Shown: piece after piece, positions 52,704 through 64,000 of the stretch | Position numbering within the stretch: the stretch's first letter is position 1 | Layout of the letters: each line of letters begins with the position of its first letter | NCBI GenBank assembly: GCA_010093705.1 | Contig: MU006089.1 | Location: 686,904-750,903 of the forward strand | Reading direction: 5' to 3' | Length of the DNA: 64,000 nucleotides | Origin: Patellaria atrata CBS 101060 | Taxonomy: Eukaryota | Position numbers and translations under genes: made by a program | The notes under the pieces: generated by a model | Told to the model about the DNA's origin: nothing | The model's database searches: none | Seen by the model: only the letters and a program-made list of their open reading frames with translations

Positions 52704-54456
52704 ATTGTTAACAAACACTATGGTCGATATATTTGTCTATTCCACTGAATATCACCTTTCCGGTTTCTCTGCAACTAATGAAATCACACGGCTGGGAAAG
52801 CTAACAATTTGCTCCTGAATGATATGAAAGTATCTCGGAGGAACTTAGTTCAGATATGAAGAATATGACTGAGAATAAGGGACCATGATCTTCTGATATG
52901 GCGTAATGAAGGAAAGTGGAGTACGAAACTCAGGTTTCCAGGGATACTTATATATCCATTGAATGTAATACTTCCCTCCCACCCTAAAGACAAGGTCAAT
53001 CGGCATGATTATTCATTCGACTGAGGATAAGCAAAAGCTGGCGAGGAAGTATTCCACTCCATAAGAAGTAACGAATCAGAGTAATACTACAGGATATAGC
53101 AAGATGCAGGGTGTAGAATATGCGTGCAGATAGCTCCACTCTAGACTCAGCGGGTCAGAATAAATACTTTATTTGTACAAAGGTACAACATCAACGACCA
53201 GGCTGAGATTCGCTAAACTCTCAATTCTGGATCCGAGAAGCATACCAACAGTGCGGAGAGGTCATATTCGTACGTAGTACAATACAATGGTGGTTGGTTA
53301 TGAAGCGAAGGATTGGAACCTTGCTAGATAATTACCTTCTATCACAAATTGCCGGCGGGATGTAAGACGATTTGGAGCTCTCCCATTACAAACCATAATA
53401 CATGAGAAACAAAAGGCACCGTGAGCTCAGCGTCGTAAGGTTCTTCGATTTCTCACCTTTAGGCGTCCCATCCTCGACCTTGATCACGAGTGATACCGCT
53501 GTCCTTTGCTGTAGTTCTGAAGTTGACGGACTGAGTACCGTAAGCGACTCTATTCCAGTTCCGAGCAACCTGATACGCGTCTGATTCGGTTGTTTTTAAA
53601 TCTTCTTCCACTCTAAAGGCGCGAGAGGTACGCATAACCGATTAGTAAGATGCTATCGCAAGGACGGATGCCTGGCTTTGGTAACGATCCTGCATTGAGT
53701 CCTGCATACGGTGGTCCCTTCCTGTCTCGCATATAGCCTACAGTATCACCTGGGTAGTTCTATGCTGGAAAATGGAAAAGTATAAACCTGACTTCTTGGT
53801 CCTTGGTCCTCTTCCATGTGATCTTACCACAATGACAAGTCTATCAGTGCTCGTACGGACTCCTGTCGGTTAGAACTAGAGAGCTACAAAAAAAGCAAAA
53901 TGGAAACCATTTCGGAAGAAAAGAAAGAGCATTGCTGAGTATAGATGTTTCTAAATACGAAGGCTGAAAGGGGAGACGAGAACGTGAATATAGAGTAACT
54001 TAACACTCCAAGGTAACGGTACTGAGGACTAGATCAAGGAGTCAAAATAAAGGCGTCGAGTAGTTGTGCAAGAATTTGAGGTACTTGTCCCGAATTGGGT
54101 AGAAATGCGAACAAATACTCACCTCCAAGGTTTTCGTCCTTCATCAAACTCAACACCTACCAAACATCTACATGATCCAAGATATTAGTTACCGCCCTTT
54201 CATCATCTACTATTCATAGAACAAGAGATTTGGGAATTAGTACGATGGCTCAACCACAGGGCGGAGTCTCCCTTGTCCGATCAAAGCGGTACCCGATAAG
54301 ATATCTCTCAACGCTCAACCACGGTTGGAGGCGGCTTTATAAAATGTCTTCCGTGCTATATAGTCCTTGAATTCAATTCAAAAAGCGCAAGAAGAGCAAT
54401 CGTTCTCCCCTCTGTTCTCCGATCAAAACATCAATTACACAATTCATACCTTAACC

Positions 54457-55837
54457 ATGACCGTATCAGTGAAAGCACACAAGAAACCCTGGAGGGAGAC
54501 TCCTCTCCATGAATCAAGCGCACTTTCTAGAGCTGCTGGCTGGTAAGCCTACGCTAACACATGCTCACCACAAGTATACCTTCTAAATCGTAGAAGCAGA
54601 GTCTTTCTAAAGCTGGAGAACCTCCAACCATCTGGTTCTTTCAAGTCAAGGTACTGATATTCTACATCTTCCTCTCCGCTCCATAAGATACACAACATCA
54701 GAGTATACTATGTGTGGCATATGATTCACTTCTTTCTATACTGCTATCGACAGAACTGGACCAATATGGCATCCTTGTCGAAGGTCAAGGAGAGCATTTG
54801 CGAATTCATTCTTACTCAGGGCCTGAACGCTCAGTGCTTACATATGAACTAGGGGTATCGGCCATTACATGCACCGTCGTCTCCTTGAACATCCTTCACC
54901 CCACACCGCTCACTTCTACTGCTCCTCTGGCGGCAATGCAGGGCTAGCCTGTATCCATGCATCGAAAGTCTTCAAGCGTCCCTGTACGATTGTGGTACCA
55001 ACAGCAACATCTGCAGGTATCATTGCTAAAATGCGTGCCTCCGGAGCTAGCAAAGTAATCCAATACGGCGCCAATTGGAAGGCCGCCGATACGTTCATGC
55101 ACGAGGCTGTGATGAAGGGCGACGACGCAATATACGTACCTCCATTCGATCATCCCGATATTTGGGCCGGCCACGAAACCATGGTTGAGGAGATTATAGA
55201 CGAGCTCTACGGGGAGAAACCCGATGCTATCATCTGCAGCGTCGGCGGTGGTGGACTCCTGTGCGGTCTGATTCAGGGTTTAGATAAGCGGGGATGGGGC
55301 CATGATATCGATATCCTAGCTATGGAAACGATTGGAGCGGATTCTCTTAATACGTCTATCAGGAAGGGAGAACACATTACGCTGCCGGAGATCACATCGC
55401 TAGCAACCACCCTCGGATGCGTGAGGGTCTGCGACGAGGCATGGGAATACGCGCAGAGGCCCAATGTACACAGCATTGTCCTAGAAGACGCCGAAGCCGC
55501 GATGGGATGCTGGCGACTAGCGGACGACGAGCGACTGATGGTCGAGATGAGCTGCGGTGTTGACGTTGCCCTCTGCTACGATGGCAGGCTTAAGAATGCT
55601 TTAGGCAAGAAGCTCACCAAAGACAGCAAGGTCGTTGTCGTACTGTGTGGAGGCAGTAACGTTACCGTCGATCTCTTAAATGAGTATCGACGGAACTTTG
55701 GATATATCGAACAGAAAATGCCGGATACCCATGGAGAAGTTCCCAGTGAACTAAGCAAGCCGTACGACTATATGAATGGTGGAATCCCTGACGACCTAAG
55801 CAAGTCGTACGCAAGCATTACTGCCATAGCAGTGTAA
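54457..55837 (+). CDS. CHA1: L-serine/threonine dehydratase (PLP-dependent, Cha1/SDS-like), 3 exons
   Basis: PWRETPL...AAGC|RVFLKLENLQPSGSFKSR|GIG (containing the PLP lysine), SSGGNAG, PPFDHPDIW, SVGGGGL and LCGGSN. Introns at 54543-54596 and 54651-54852. Confidence 0.9.
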
Positions 55838-56363
55838 CGTATTTCAGGATATGTAGAGCCTTTCATACGATCGGGCTCTATCTCCTTTACCACCCATGGC
55901 ATCCTCTAGCTACTCTACACTTTCCATACACCCAATGGCGTACCATACAATTCCTCTTTCTTTTATACGATCTTACGATCTTGTACAGCTCGAGCTAAGG
56001 GCCTCGTTATAGTATGCATACGGGTAGCCAGGAATACCATAGCAGGGGAAATGATACTGTTCATTCAGTTTTAGAAGGGCGTTATTTTCGGAGTATCGGG
56101 GGCTAATAGACTTAGATAGAATGTTCAGACTCAGCGCCACTAGTCTAGGTAGAATTGTGGTATCAAACATAATGCGGAAATACAATAATTTTACATTTCA
56201 TTATAATCGATCTTTGCACGTAGATACAGCCCCCTATTTTGCGTACCCGTCTCATCACGTCTTCGGTCCAGAAGTAAGCCAATACTGTGTCGACAAAGAT
56301 GACCCTCTGGATAAAAAAAAATTGGGTGTATTTTTGCGATGAACCGTGTCCCTGTATGGTGCG

Positions 56364-57437
56364 CTAATAATTATGATGGTGGAAAATCGGGTGGTCTGGC
56401 TCAGGTGGAAAGCCCAGTAGAAACTTTCTGTAAGTCCAGTAATTAGCTCTGATCGGATCATACTTTTGAGCGAGTAGATCTAGAGCTTTGGCCGCGTCCG
56501 CTTTTGTACCTTCTCCCTCGTAGATATCGGCAAGGACATCCAATGCATGACTGGAGTGAACGTCATCAGGATGATCCAAGGAAGCGAATTCTGTTGCAAA
56601 AGGTTTGATGGTGGATAAAGGTTTGTTGTACTTTCTCAACAAACCACGTACATAGTTCCAAGGGCTCTGATTCTGTGGTGCAAGATATATCGCAGCTTGT
56701 GCGTATCTATAACCTTCTGTCAGCTAATCCCACTTCAGGTGGTACCACGCAAAATGACAAAAAGGATTATCTCACTTAAGTTCCCTCTCCAGAACGGTTT
56801 CGTCTAAGCTATCTCCTTCGTGTCTTCCGAAGACAACAAACCACCTATGGTTCCAAGCAGAGTTGTTTCGTACATCAGCTCTCAGTAGTTCGTCTATAGC
56901 CTTTAGCTCTGATTCATCGTCTATATCAAAACGCTTCACAAGCCACTGCCGGTAACTCCAGACGTGATAGTTTTTAGCATCGCGCTCGAACATCTGCGCT
57001 ATAAACTCGGCCTCACCCTCAGGCGAGTCGAGAGCATCGATGATGGTTTGACGGTGGTGCCAGATCTGGTAGTTCTTCTGGTAGTTTAGAGCGGTGGGGT
57101 TCAACCAAGCGATCTCTTCTTTCAGGTCTTTCTTCAGTGTGAGCAGGACGCGGGCCCGGTACAGCCTATTGAATATGTTAGGGATTGTATGGAGAGGAAG
57201 CGGAGCGCAGGGGAGCTACCAAACGGTGTAATGTGCGGGATTCATGGAGATGATGTCTTCGGTAAGACTAAGTACGCGCTCGCTCATGTCGTTGGAGGCC
57301 ATCACCGCGCGGAGGTAGGACATCGCTTCGCTGTATTCGTCTGTGTAGGCTATTGCGGCGAGGGGATTGGGGCCTCCATCGTCTTGAGGGAGGGGTTCGA
57401 CGTCCGCCCAGAGGGGGTCGTCAGAGTATACTCCCAT
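56364..57437 (-). CDS. RAM2: Protein farnesyltransferase/geranylgeranyltransferase-I alpha subunit, 3 exons
   Basis: WADVEPLPQDDG, the PPTA repeats NPAHYTVW, KNYQIWHHR, KNYHVWSYRQW and RNNSAWNHR, and YDPIRANYW. Confidence 0.93.
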
Positions 57438-58620
57438 GACGTAGAGGCGTATATTTCTGGTGAATCGGACGTGGATACCTATTTGTCGTAGGATTTATAA
57501 TGTGAGGAACTTCCCTTTAAAAGGTTGAGTGGACTCGGTCTGGTGCTCGAGTTACTTTTGTAGGTTAGGTTGTTTGCGGGGAGCTTGAGCTTTGACCATG
57601 TCGCCGGAAACTGTCACCTCTTTATTCCGAAGTACATCAACCCATCTATACTCATTCTATATTGCTACCTTAAGACTATTGATTATTTTCTCAGTTATGG
57701 ATAACGTCTCCGATATGGACTAGAAATTCTAGCTGTAAGTCATATAAACGTGACCTGAAGTGCTGCACATCAACGGTTCTCCCATCTGAGCTTTATGAAG
57801 TACGTCCTGCTGGAAGATGTAACAGTACGCCATTGAACGTTAAGTTTAGAGCCTTGTAACTCGATATCTCTCCCTCCATGGTCCCTCCGTTCCGCATTCC
57901 TCACTTACTATTCATGGATGCGCTATATCTCCGTCGACCTAATTATACTGTACACGAAAGGGCAAAAACGTAAGGGAACTCCTGGTTGAACAGCCCTTAC
58001 AACTGTTGAAATTTTTTTCCAGTACAGCAGCGCTAAACACATCTTCTGAGTCTGATGTACAGAAAGGAAGAAATCTTACCAAGAACTCCTGGGTGTACAC
58101 TTTACTTGGCCATATAGGTTATACAGGTACGATGTTAGCGAGCAGCCCGCCCGTGCCCGTTTTTTGAGCGTATAGAGACCTTGGAATGCCAACAGTGAGG
58201 GATAATGGGATGTCTAGGGGAGGCGTACTAGAAGAAGAGATGTTCATTGTGGAACTCACAGAACAGAACAAAACCTGGTTCTTTCAAGATGCTTACGCGT
58301 CATCTCAAGAAGCACTCTAGAAGCGGAGTATCTCCTTACGCGGTTGGAGAAATGGAATCCTGAGCTAGCAAAAGACTTTAGTCTGAAGGAAACTGCTATA
58401 TCGAAAGCAGCATTCCGCCTTCTCGTCTGAAAAGACTCGCTTATAGCCAGAGATCTCTCTGAAGAAATAGGTTCATAGACATAACCAAGAGTCAATATCC
58501 ATATCTATATATTGAGTTCTCTAGCTGTTTGATATAATGCTATATCCCCCTTTCAGTTTGCCATAAACGCCTACCAATGCGATAAACCTCCATTTCAAAT
58601 ATTCGTCAAACTACAGCCTC

Positions 58621-59814
58621 TTAAGCCTCGGTCCGCGTATTCTCTAGCTTCATCAACAAGATATCGCAAGCACCAATTTCCGTGAGCTGGTCCATGATAT
58701 CCGCGGCGTCCTTTTTGGCGACCATGGCCTGGATGGCGACCCAGCCTTCCTCGTCGAGCGTCGTGATGGTCAGAGCACGTTTGCCTGGTGTTATAGAACG
58801 CGCTGCGTCTACAGAGGAGCGCAAGATGTTGTAAGTGCAGAGGACATATTTTTGCGCGGCTACATATTGAGTTAGGGGAATTAAGAGGAGAAAATTGGTA
58901 AGGACCGTAACTTACTGATCACGCCCCTTATTCTTGCGACTATCAGATTAACTAGTCTGGGATCTGATGGGTGTTTCGATCTTATAAGCACAGCCGTGCT
59001 TTCGACGACCGTGGATATAGCTTTGAGGCCAGCTGCGCGCATCGTTTCTCCGGACTCTAAAAGGGAGTCAGAAGCTCATTTATCCAATATGAGTTTAGTC
59101 ATTATCTGCGTACCAACAAGATCGACAATACCGTCCGCAACTCCAAGAGCGCAAGCGGCCTCTACACTTCCACCAACGTACTTGATACTTGTTTTCGGTC
59201 TTGATTGGGAATCACCATTCATCTGTGCTCCGTAGACTCTCTCTTCTAATTTCCTGAAGTAAGCTTCAGCAAGATGTGTGAAACTTGTCACTACATTCTT
59301 CCCAAGCAGTTGTTCCGGCCTTTCAATAGTACCATTCTCAGGCACTTGGACTTGCAGATTACATCTTCCAAACTCTAGATCCAAAATCTCGTCCACGCCA
59401 GTCGTTTCCGTAGGCGGTACGACGGCTTCATGCTCTGCTACTTGATCTCTTCCAGTTATACCTAGATCTACCCGTCCCTCCCCAACGAAGGTGGGGATAT
59501 CTGCGGCGGGGAGGAAGACCAGGGCTAATGGGTGGTTTTGCACAAGGGCGATATCAAGGCGATTATGACGGTGGAATTTGATATCAGAACCGTGAAGGAG
59601 ATCTAGACATTTCTGGTGGAGGCGTCCCTCTGCTATTATGTCAATATTGAATCATAGTGAGGATGACGCGGTTATACTGACTCTTAGGGACTGCGAATAA
59701 GAGCCGATCATTTAAACTGCCAATTGAATCGGTCAGTCTCGGAAGGAATTGCCAGTGATACTCTTCTTCACTCATAGTTATAGTCGAAATGTCTTACTGA
59801 TTTACAAGATCCAT
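58621..59814 (-). CDS. HIS1: ATP phosphoribosyltransferase, 5 exons
   Basis: MDLVNH|LNDRLLFAVPK|KGRL, FLPAADIPTFVGEGRVDLGITGRD, GSVEAACALGVADGIVDLV|ESGETM, and the C-terminal ITPGKRA domain. Confidence 0.95.
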
Positions 59815-59985
59815 CGTAAAGCTCGAGCGAGAGTTCCCCCTCGATTTGAACCACCACGGTGCACAACTGCGGTATTGATCGCTACCACGTGGTTGGAGCA
59901 ATTGGCCTCCGTTTTGTCGCACAGTATAGTCACTTGGGAGAAGAAATATGCAGTGGAAGGGATAAAGCAATCAACTACAAACATA

Positions 59986-59992
59986 TGACTCT
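59986..59992. promoter_or_regulatory. Candidate Gcn4/CpcA (cross-pathway control) element upstream of HIS1
   Basis: TGACTCT lies about 170 bp upstream of the HIS1 ATG, with a second TGACTC at ~60263. Amino-acid biosynthesis genes are canonical Gcn4/CpcA targets. The motif is short and could be chance. Confidence 0.45.
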
Positions 59993-60455
59993 TAACACTG
60001 TTAACGAGGAAAATCCGCACAAGACTGTGGTTAGTTTTTGCGCTTAGCAATGGGGGGAGAGGTAGAGTAGAGAAGGTTTGAGATAGTAATCAATCGAGAA
60101 CAACCAGCTTTTAATTGTTATACGCTACATGTATAAGTACATATTGTATCTTGCTCAACTAATAAATTTTCTGATTCCCCGTTGTCGGCGGGTTGGCGCC
60201 ATATGTCGTGGGCTATTGTTGTCATTGGTGGGGCAGCTCCAAGTGGAAAAGAGAGCCAAGTTTGACTCGCTAAACTTGAGCCGCAATCCTGAGGGAAATC
60301 CCACACCAAAATTTATCAGCGACGACAACATCTTCTGCTCTACCTCACCTATACCTGGACCAACACCTTCTCTCCCTACCCTCAAATCTAAACTCGAGTA
60401 CGGCTGTCTAATCGTTCGATACTGGGTTTTAGCTAATGGGTCTCAGGTTGCGAAA

Positions 60456-60775
60456 ATGGATTCCGCAAAGGTCCCGGTCAAGCTCGTCAAGGTCACTCGT
60501 GTCTTAGGGCGCACTGGTATGCCCCTCATCAAGAGAGAAACCTCTAGCTTGGTACTGATGTCGCATTAGGCTCTCGTGGAGGTGTCACCCAAGTCCGCGT
60601 CGAATTCAGTACGTAGTTTGGGAATGGTTACAACGAAGCAAGAAGTTAGGGACTAAACAATTATCCAGTGGACGATACCACCCGAAGCATCATCCGCAAC
60701 GTCAAGGGTCCAGTCCGGGAGAACGACATCCTCTGCCTACTCGAATCTGAACGTGAGGCCAGGAGATTGAGATAA
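60456..60775 (+). CDS. RPS28: 40S ribosomal protein S28 (eS28), 3 coding exons plus a probable 5'UTR intron (~60398-60446)
   Basis: [68 protein letters not shown]. Confidence 0.96.
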
Positions 60776-62283
60776 GCGGGGCGAAGATGGTTGTAGAGAC
60801 GGGTAGGGGGTTGGGGGTTGAAGGAGCTCATGTGAGGACTATAGCAATATTACAGCGTAGACCATTGCATCAGGGACACCTTTCTTCGGCTTGGTGCAAG
60901 GCAATACTCTGGGTTGTATGTTAAAAGATGAGAATTGAAGTGTTTACGGGTTATCCGATTCGATTTGTTTTGGAAGAATATCACACCTCCAGTGACCGTC
61001 TGTTCCGATCGTCCAGCAAACCTCGAAGGATGGAATTGTTCAATTAGTTGTTCCCGATCCTGTAATCAGTCTTTGTGTTTCCTTTTCTACAATGACAGTC
61101 ATGTGAATATTCGTATACTCGGCCATGTTCCCGTTTCGTCACAACCTTTTTTTTTTGGAGAACTCTCAAACGAATCTATAATATTTTCCTTACTGAGTAA
61201 TCTCATTCTCTACAATTAATACTAAGTGATTGTTCCATTTCCTGAAGTTACAATCCGTAGAGAGTGAACATCTTTCTCAAGTGGAGAAAATGTGTCTGAG
61301 TTCTACATTCCAGCTTTATGACCTTGGCCTCTGGGAGCACAATCCATGGAGAAACAAACTCGTGTTCGCCGATGAGTCGCTTGCGGTATTTCAGCTCTCA
61401 ATACTCTCAGGTTCCATCCAATCCATATGCGGGTGGTCGTGTCGATTTCGTCCGACTGTTATATAACCTACATAGTATAGGGGATGGAGAACTGTTCTTA
61501 AGACTGGCTGTCAGTTATGTTTATCCAAGCAGTAGGAACCTCAAATCACCACTAAGCACTTCAAACCATTGTAGAGGTTGCCAACCCTAAAATTCCAGAT
61601 TGCATTTATAGCTCTGAGTTCCAGAAAGAGACATTTTACTTCAGTTCTTCTGACAGACTAGACGAATGTCCTTTCTTTTCCACATTATATGGGTACACTT
61701 GCTGATATATATGATAATTGGGTTGACTTCTCATCTATTCCTTCCTGAAGCGTGAGATCATGAGGTATATGCGTGCTAGTTACTTTGTTTGATCATCAAA
61801 TATGCCCTTACAGTGGTCTATGAAGATGAGAACGTATAAGTCTCAGCGACTCCTGCATCTTATATTGCCGATGTGACTGTAACCATATATGGTAGTTGGA
61901 TATTTATATATGGATGCTCTAGACTACACCCATGGAGAATACTTGTTTGAAGAGCACTGAAGAGGACTTTCTCTTCTCGTGTGAATAGTAAGACGACTAG
62001 CACGGATACCTGTTATAATATTAGTCAAAAAAGGTTCTCCAACAGATCCGTTGAAAGTTGATATGAACACAGTTAAAAAGGAGAGACTTGGCTTAAAAGG
62101 GGAGCTGTGGTGCGTTGGACGTTGTTCGTATGCCAAGACTTTGTCCCGCCTCCGCTGCCTTTGACGTTCTTTCGAATTTCGCTCATGGGTCGACCAGATA
62201 TTTGTGTGCTGAAAACCGAGACGACCTCCACCCACAACCATATCCTCAAATCGACTGGACGTAGCCTTCATACTAACACCAAT

Positions 62284-63951
62284 ATGGATTCAGACTCAGA
62301 CATTCCCCATGACGAGAACGTGCCAGACCAAGAATCCGAAGCTGACGAGCCAGAACCAGAAGTGAAGCCCAAGTCGGCGCTGAAAAAGCCTTCAACACCT
62401 GCTCCAGCGATCTCAAGACCGCCACTACCTGAACAACCCGATCCGAAAACGTTAGATGTATCGACACTAACCCCTCTCTCTCCCGAAATCATTTGCAGAC
62501 AAGCAACGATCAATATTGGTACAATAGGGCATGTCGCTCACGGGAAGTCAACAGTCGTCAAGGCGATATCCGGCGTGCAAACTGTTAGATTCAAGAACGA
62601 GCTGGAACGAAACATCACGATCAAGTTGGGTTACGCGAATGCTAAAATCTACAAGTGTGATAATCCGGAGTGTCCGCGACCAACATGCTATAGAAGTTTC
62701 AAGAGTGAGAAGGAGATAGATCCAGCATGTGAGCGGGACGGTTGTTTAGGAACTTATAGGCTGTTACGACATGTATCGTGAGTTACTAGGCCGGACTCAT
62801 TCTTCTTATACGGATACTAATTAGTACCGGAAAGATTCGTAGACTGTCCTGGTCACGATATTCTCATGAGTACCATGTTATCAGGCGCCGCTGTCATGGA
62901 TGCTGCTCTGCTGTTAATTGCCGGTAACGAAAGCTGTCCACAGCCTCAAACTTCCGAACATTTGGCCGCTATTGAGATCATGAAGCTGAATCACATCATT
63001 ATATTACAAAACAAGGTTGACTTGATGAGGGAAGAGGGCGCAGGTCAACACTACCAGTCAATCCTAAAGTTTATTCGAGGAACGGTAGCAGATGGATCTC
63101 CAATCATTCCCATATCTGCGCAGCTCAAATTCAACATTGATGCTATCAACGAATATTTAGTTACTAAGATACCTGTACCTCCCCGAGACTTTACCGCAGC
63201 ACCGCACATGATTGTTATTCGGTCTTTCGATGTCAATAAACCAGGCGCCGAGATTGAGGACTTGAAAGGAGGTGTTGCTGGTGGTAGTATCCTCAACGGT
63301 GTGCTTAAGCTTGGTGATGAGATCGAAATCAGACCCGGTATTGTCTCGAAAGACGAGCAAGGTCAGATCAAAGCGAAACCAATCTTCAGTCGAGTTGTAT
63401 CACTGTTCGCGGAACACAATGACCTAAAGTTTGCAGTACCTGGTGGCTTGATTGGTAGGCATCCTGACATCCTTCCCCTAGCTATAACTGACATGTACAG
63501 GCGTTGGTACCAGGGTCGATCCCACGTTATGTCGTGCCGATCGACTTGTCGGGTTTGTTCTTGGACTACGAGGCAAACTCCCCGCCATTTACACTGAACT
63601 GGAGGTTAATTACTTCCTGCTCCGCCGACTATTAGGTGTCAAGACAGCAGACGGCAAGCAAGCCAAGGTCGCAAAGCTAGCAAAGAACGAAGTTCTTATG
63701 GTTAATATTGGTAGCACTGCTACTGGAGCTAAAGTCATCGCAGTGAAGGCTGATGCTGCAAGATTGAGCTTGACAGGTCCGGCATGTACTGAGGTGGGCG
63801 AAAAGATTGCGCTCAGTAGGCGTATTGAGAAGCATTGGCGGTTGATCGGATGGTAAGCATGGTTTACTCCCTTTTGCGCGAGTGGGAAACTAATTATACT
63901 TACAGGGCAAACATTGTCGCTGGAACTACACTTGAGCCAACCGTGGATTGA
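62284..63951 (+). CDS. GCD11: Translation initiation factor eIF2 gamma subunit, 4 exons
   Basis: [58 protein letters not shown] and [12 protein letters not shown]; stop TGA at 63949-63951. Confidence 0.96.
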
Positions 63952-64000
63952 GCTCAGGGGGTGGGATGAGAAACGGGCATGAATGATGATTACCTTGAGA

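Noticed and set aside
54651..54852. Stwintron (intron nested in a donor) reading of the long introns in the dehydratase, P450 and ECM29
   Set aside because: Excising internal GT-AG segments did not rebuild a canonical split donor in those I tried. Only the abutting AG|GT site in ECM29 intron 1 remains, and it is reported as a finding.
57552..57599. 15-codon uORF upstream of RAM2 (MVKAQAPRKQPNLQK)
   Set aside because: I cannot tell whether it lies inside the transcript, and short ORFs of this size are expected by chance.
62107..62293. Upstream in-frame extension of eIF2-gamma (GTG 62107, ATG ~62185) and a TACTAAC just before the ATG
   Set aside because: The extension has no recognisable eIF2-gamma character. 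Splicing from the nearest GTATGC donor to the next CAG would remove the ATG without giving an in-frame upstream start. ATG 62284 has good context.

Overview
This is eukaryotic DNA from an intron-rich filamentous ascomycete (Pezizomycotina-type short GT-AG introns with CTRAY branch points). It is mostly a conserved housekeeping neighbourhood. In order it holds: the 3' part of a RIP-damaged Fot1/pogo (DDE_1) transposon, an aquaporin, UBX5 and ECM29 head-to-head, a small hydrophobic orphan, a Pro-rich/coiled-coil protein with a ubiquitin-like domain, a ~5 kb gene-poor stretch ending in an 18-bp palindrome-cored minisatellite, STT4, BRN1, a decayed island (unknown ORF relic plus kinase pseudogene), a cation/Ca2+ exchanger, a HAD phosphatase, a LaeA-like methyltransferase divergent from a P450, PEX1, a GMC oxidoreductase, serine dehydratase, RAM2, HIS1, RPS28 and eIF2-gamma. 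I found no tRNA, rRNA, snRNA or CRISPR by eye. The most unusual signals are in splicing. The serine dehydratase has a TAG-AAG-CAG triple acceptor where only the weak middle AAG avoids a TGA stop. PEX1 has a TAGTAG acceptor whose first AG brings in a stop. One start codon appears to be assembled across an intron (AT|G), one intron has a GC donor, AAG acceptors are apparently frequent, and several long structured introns may host snoRNAs or internal splice sites. All gene models were spliced by hand and family assignments rest on motif recognition; nothing was searched or computed.
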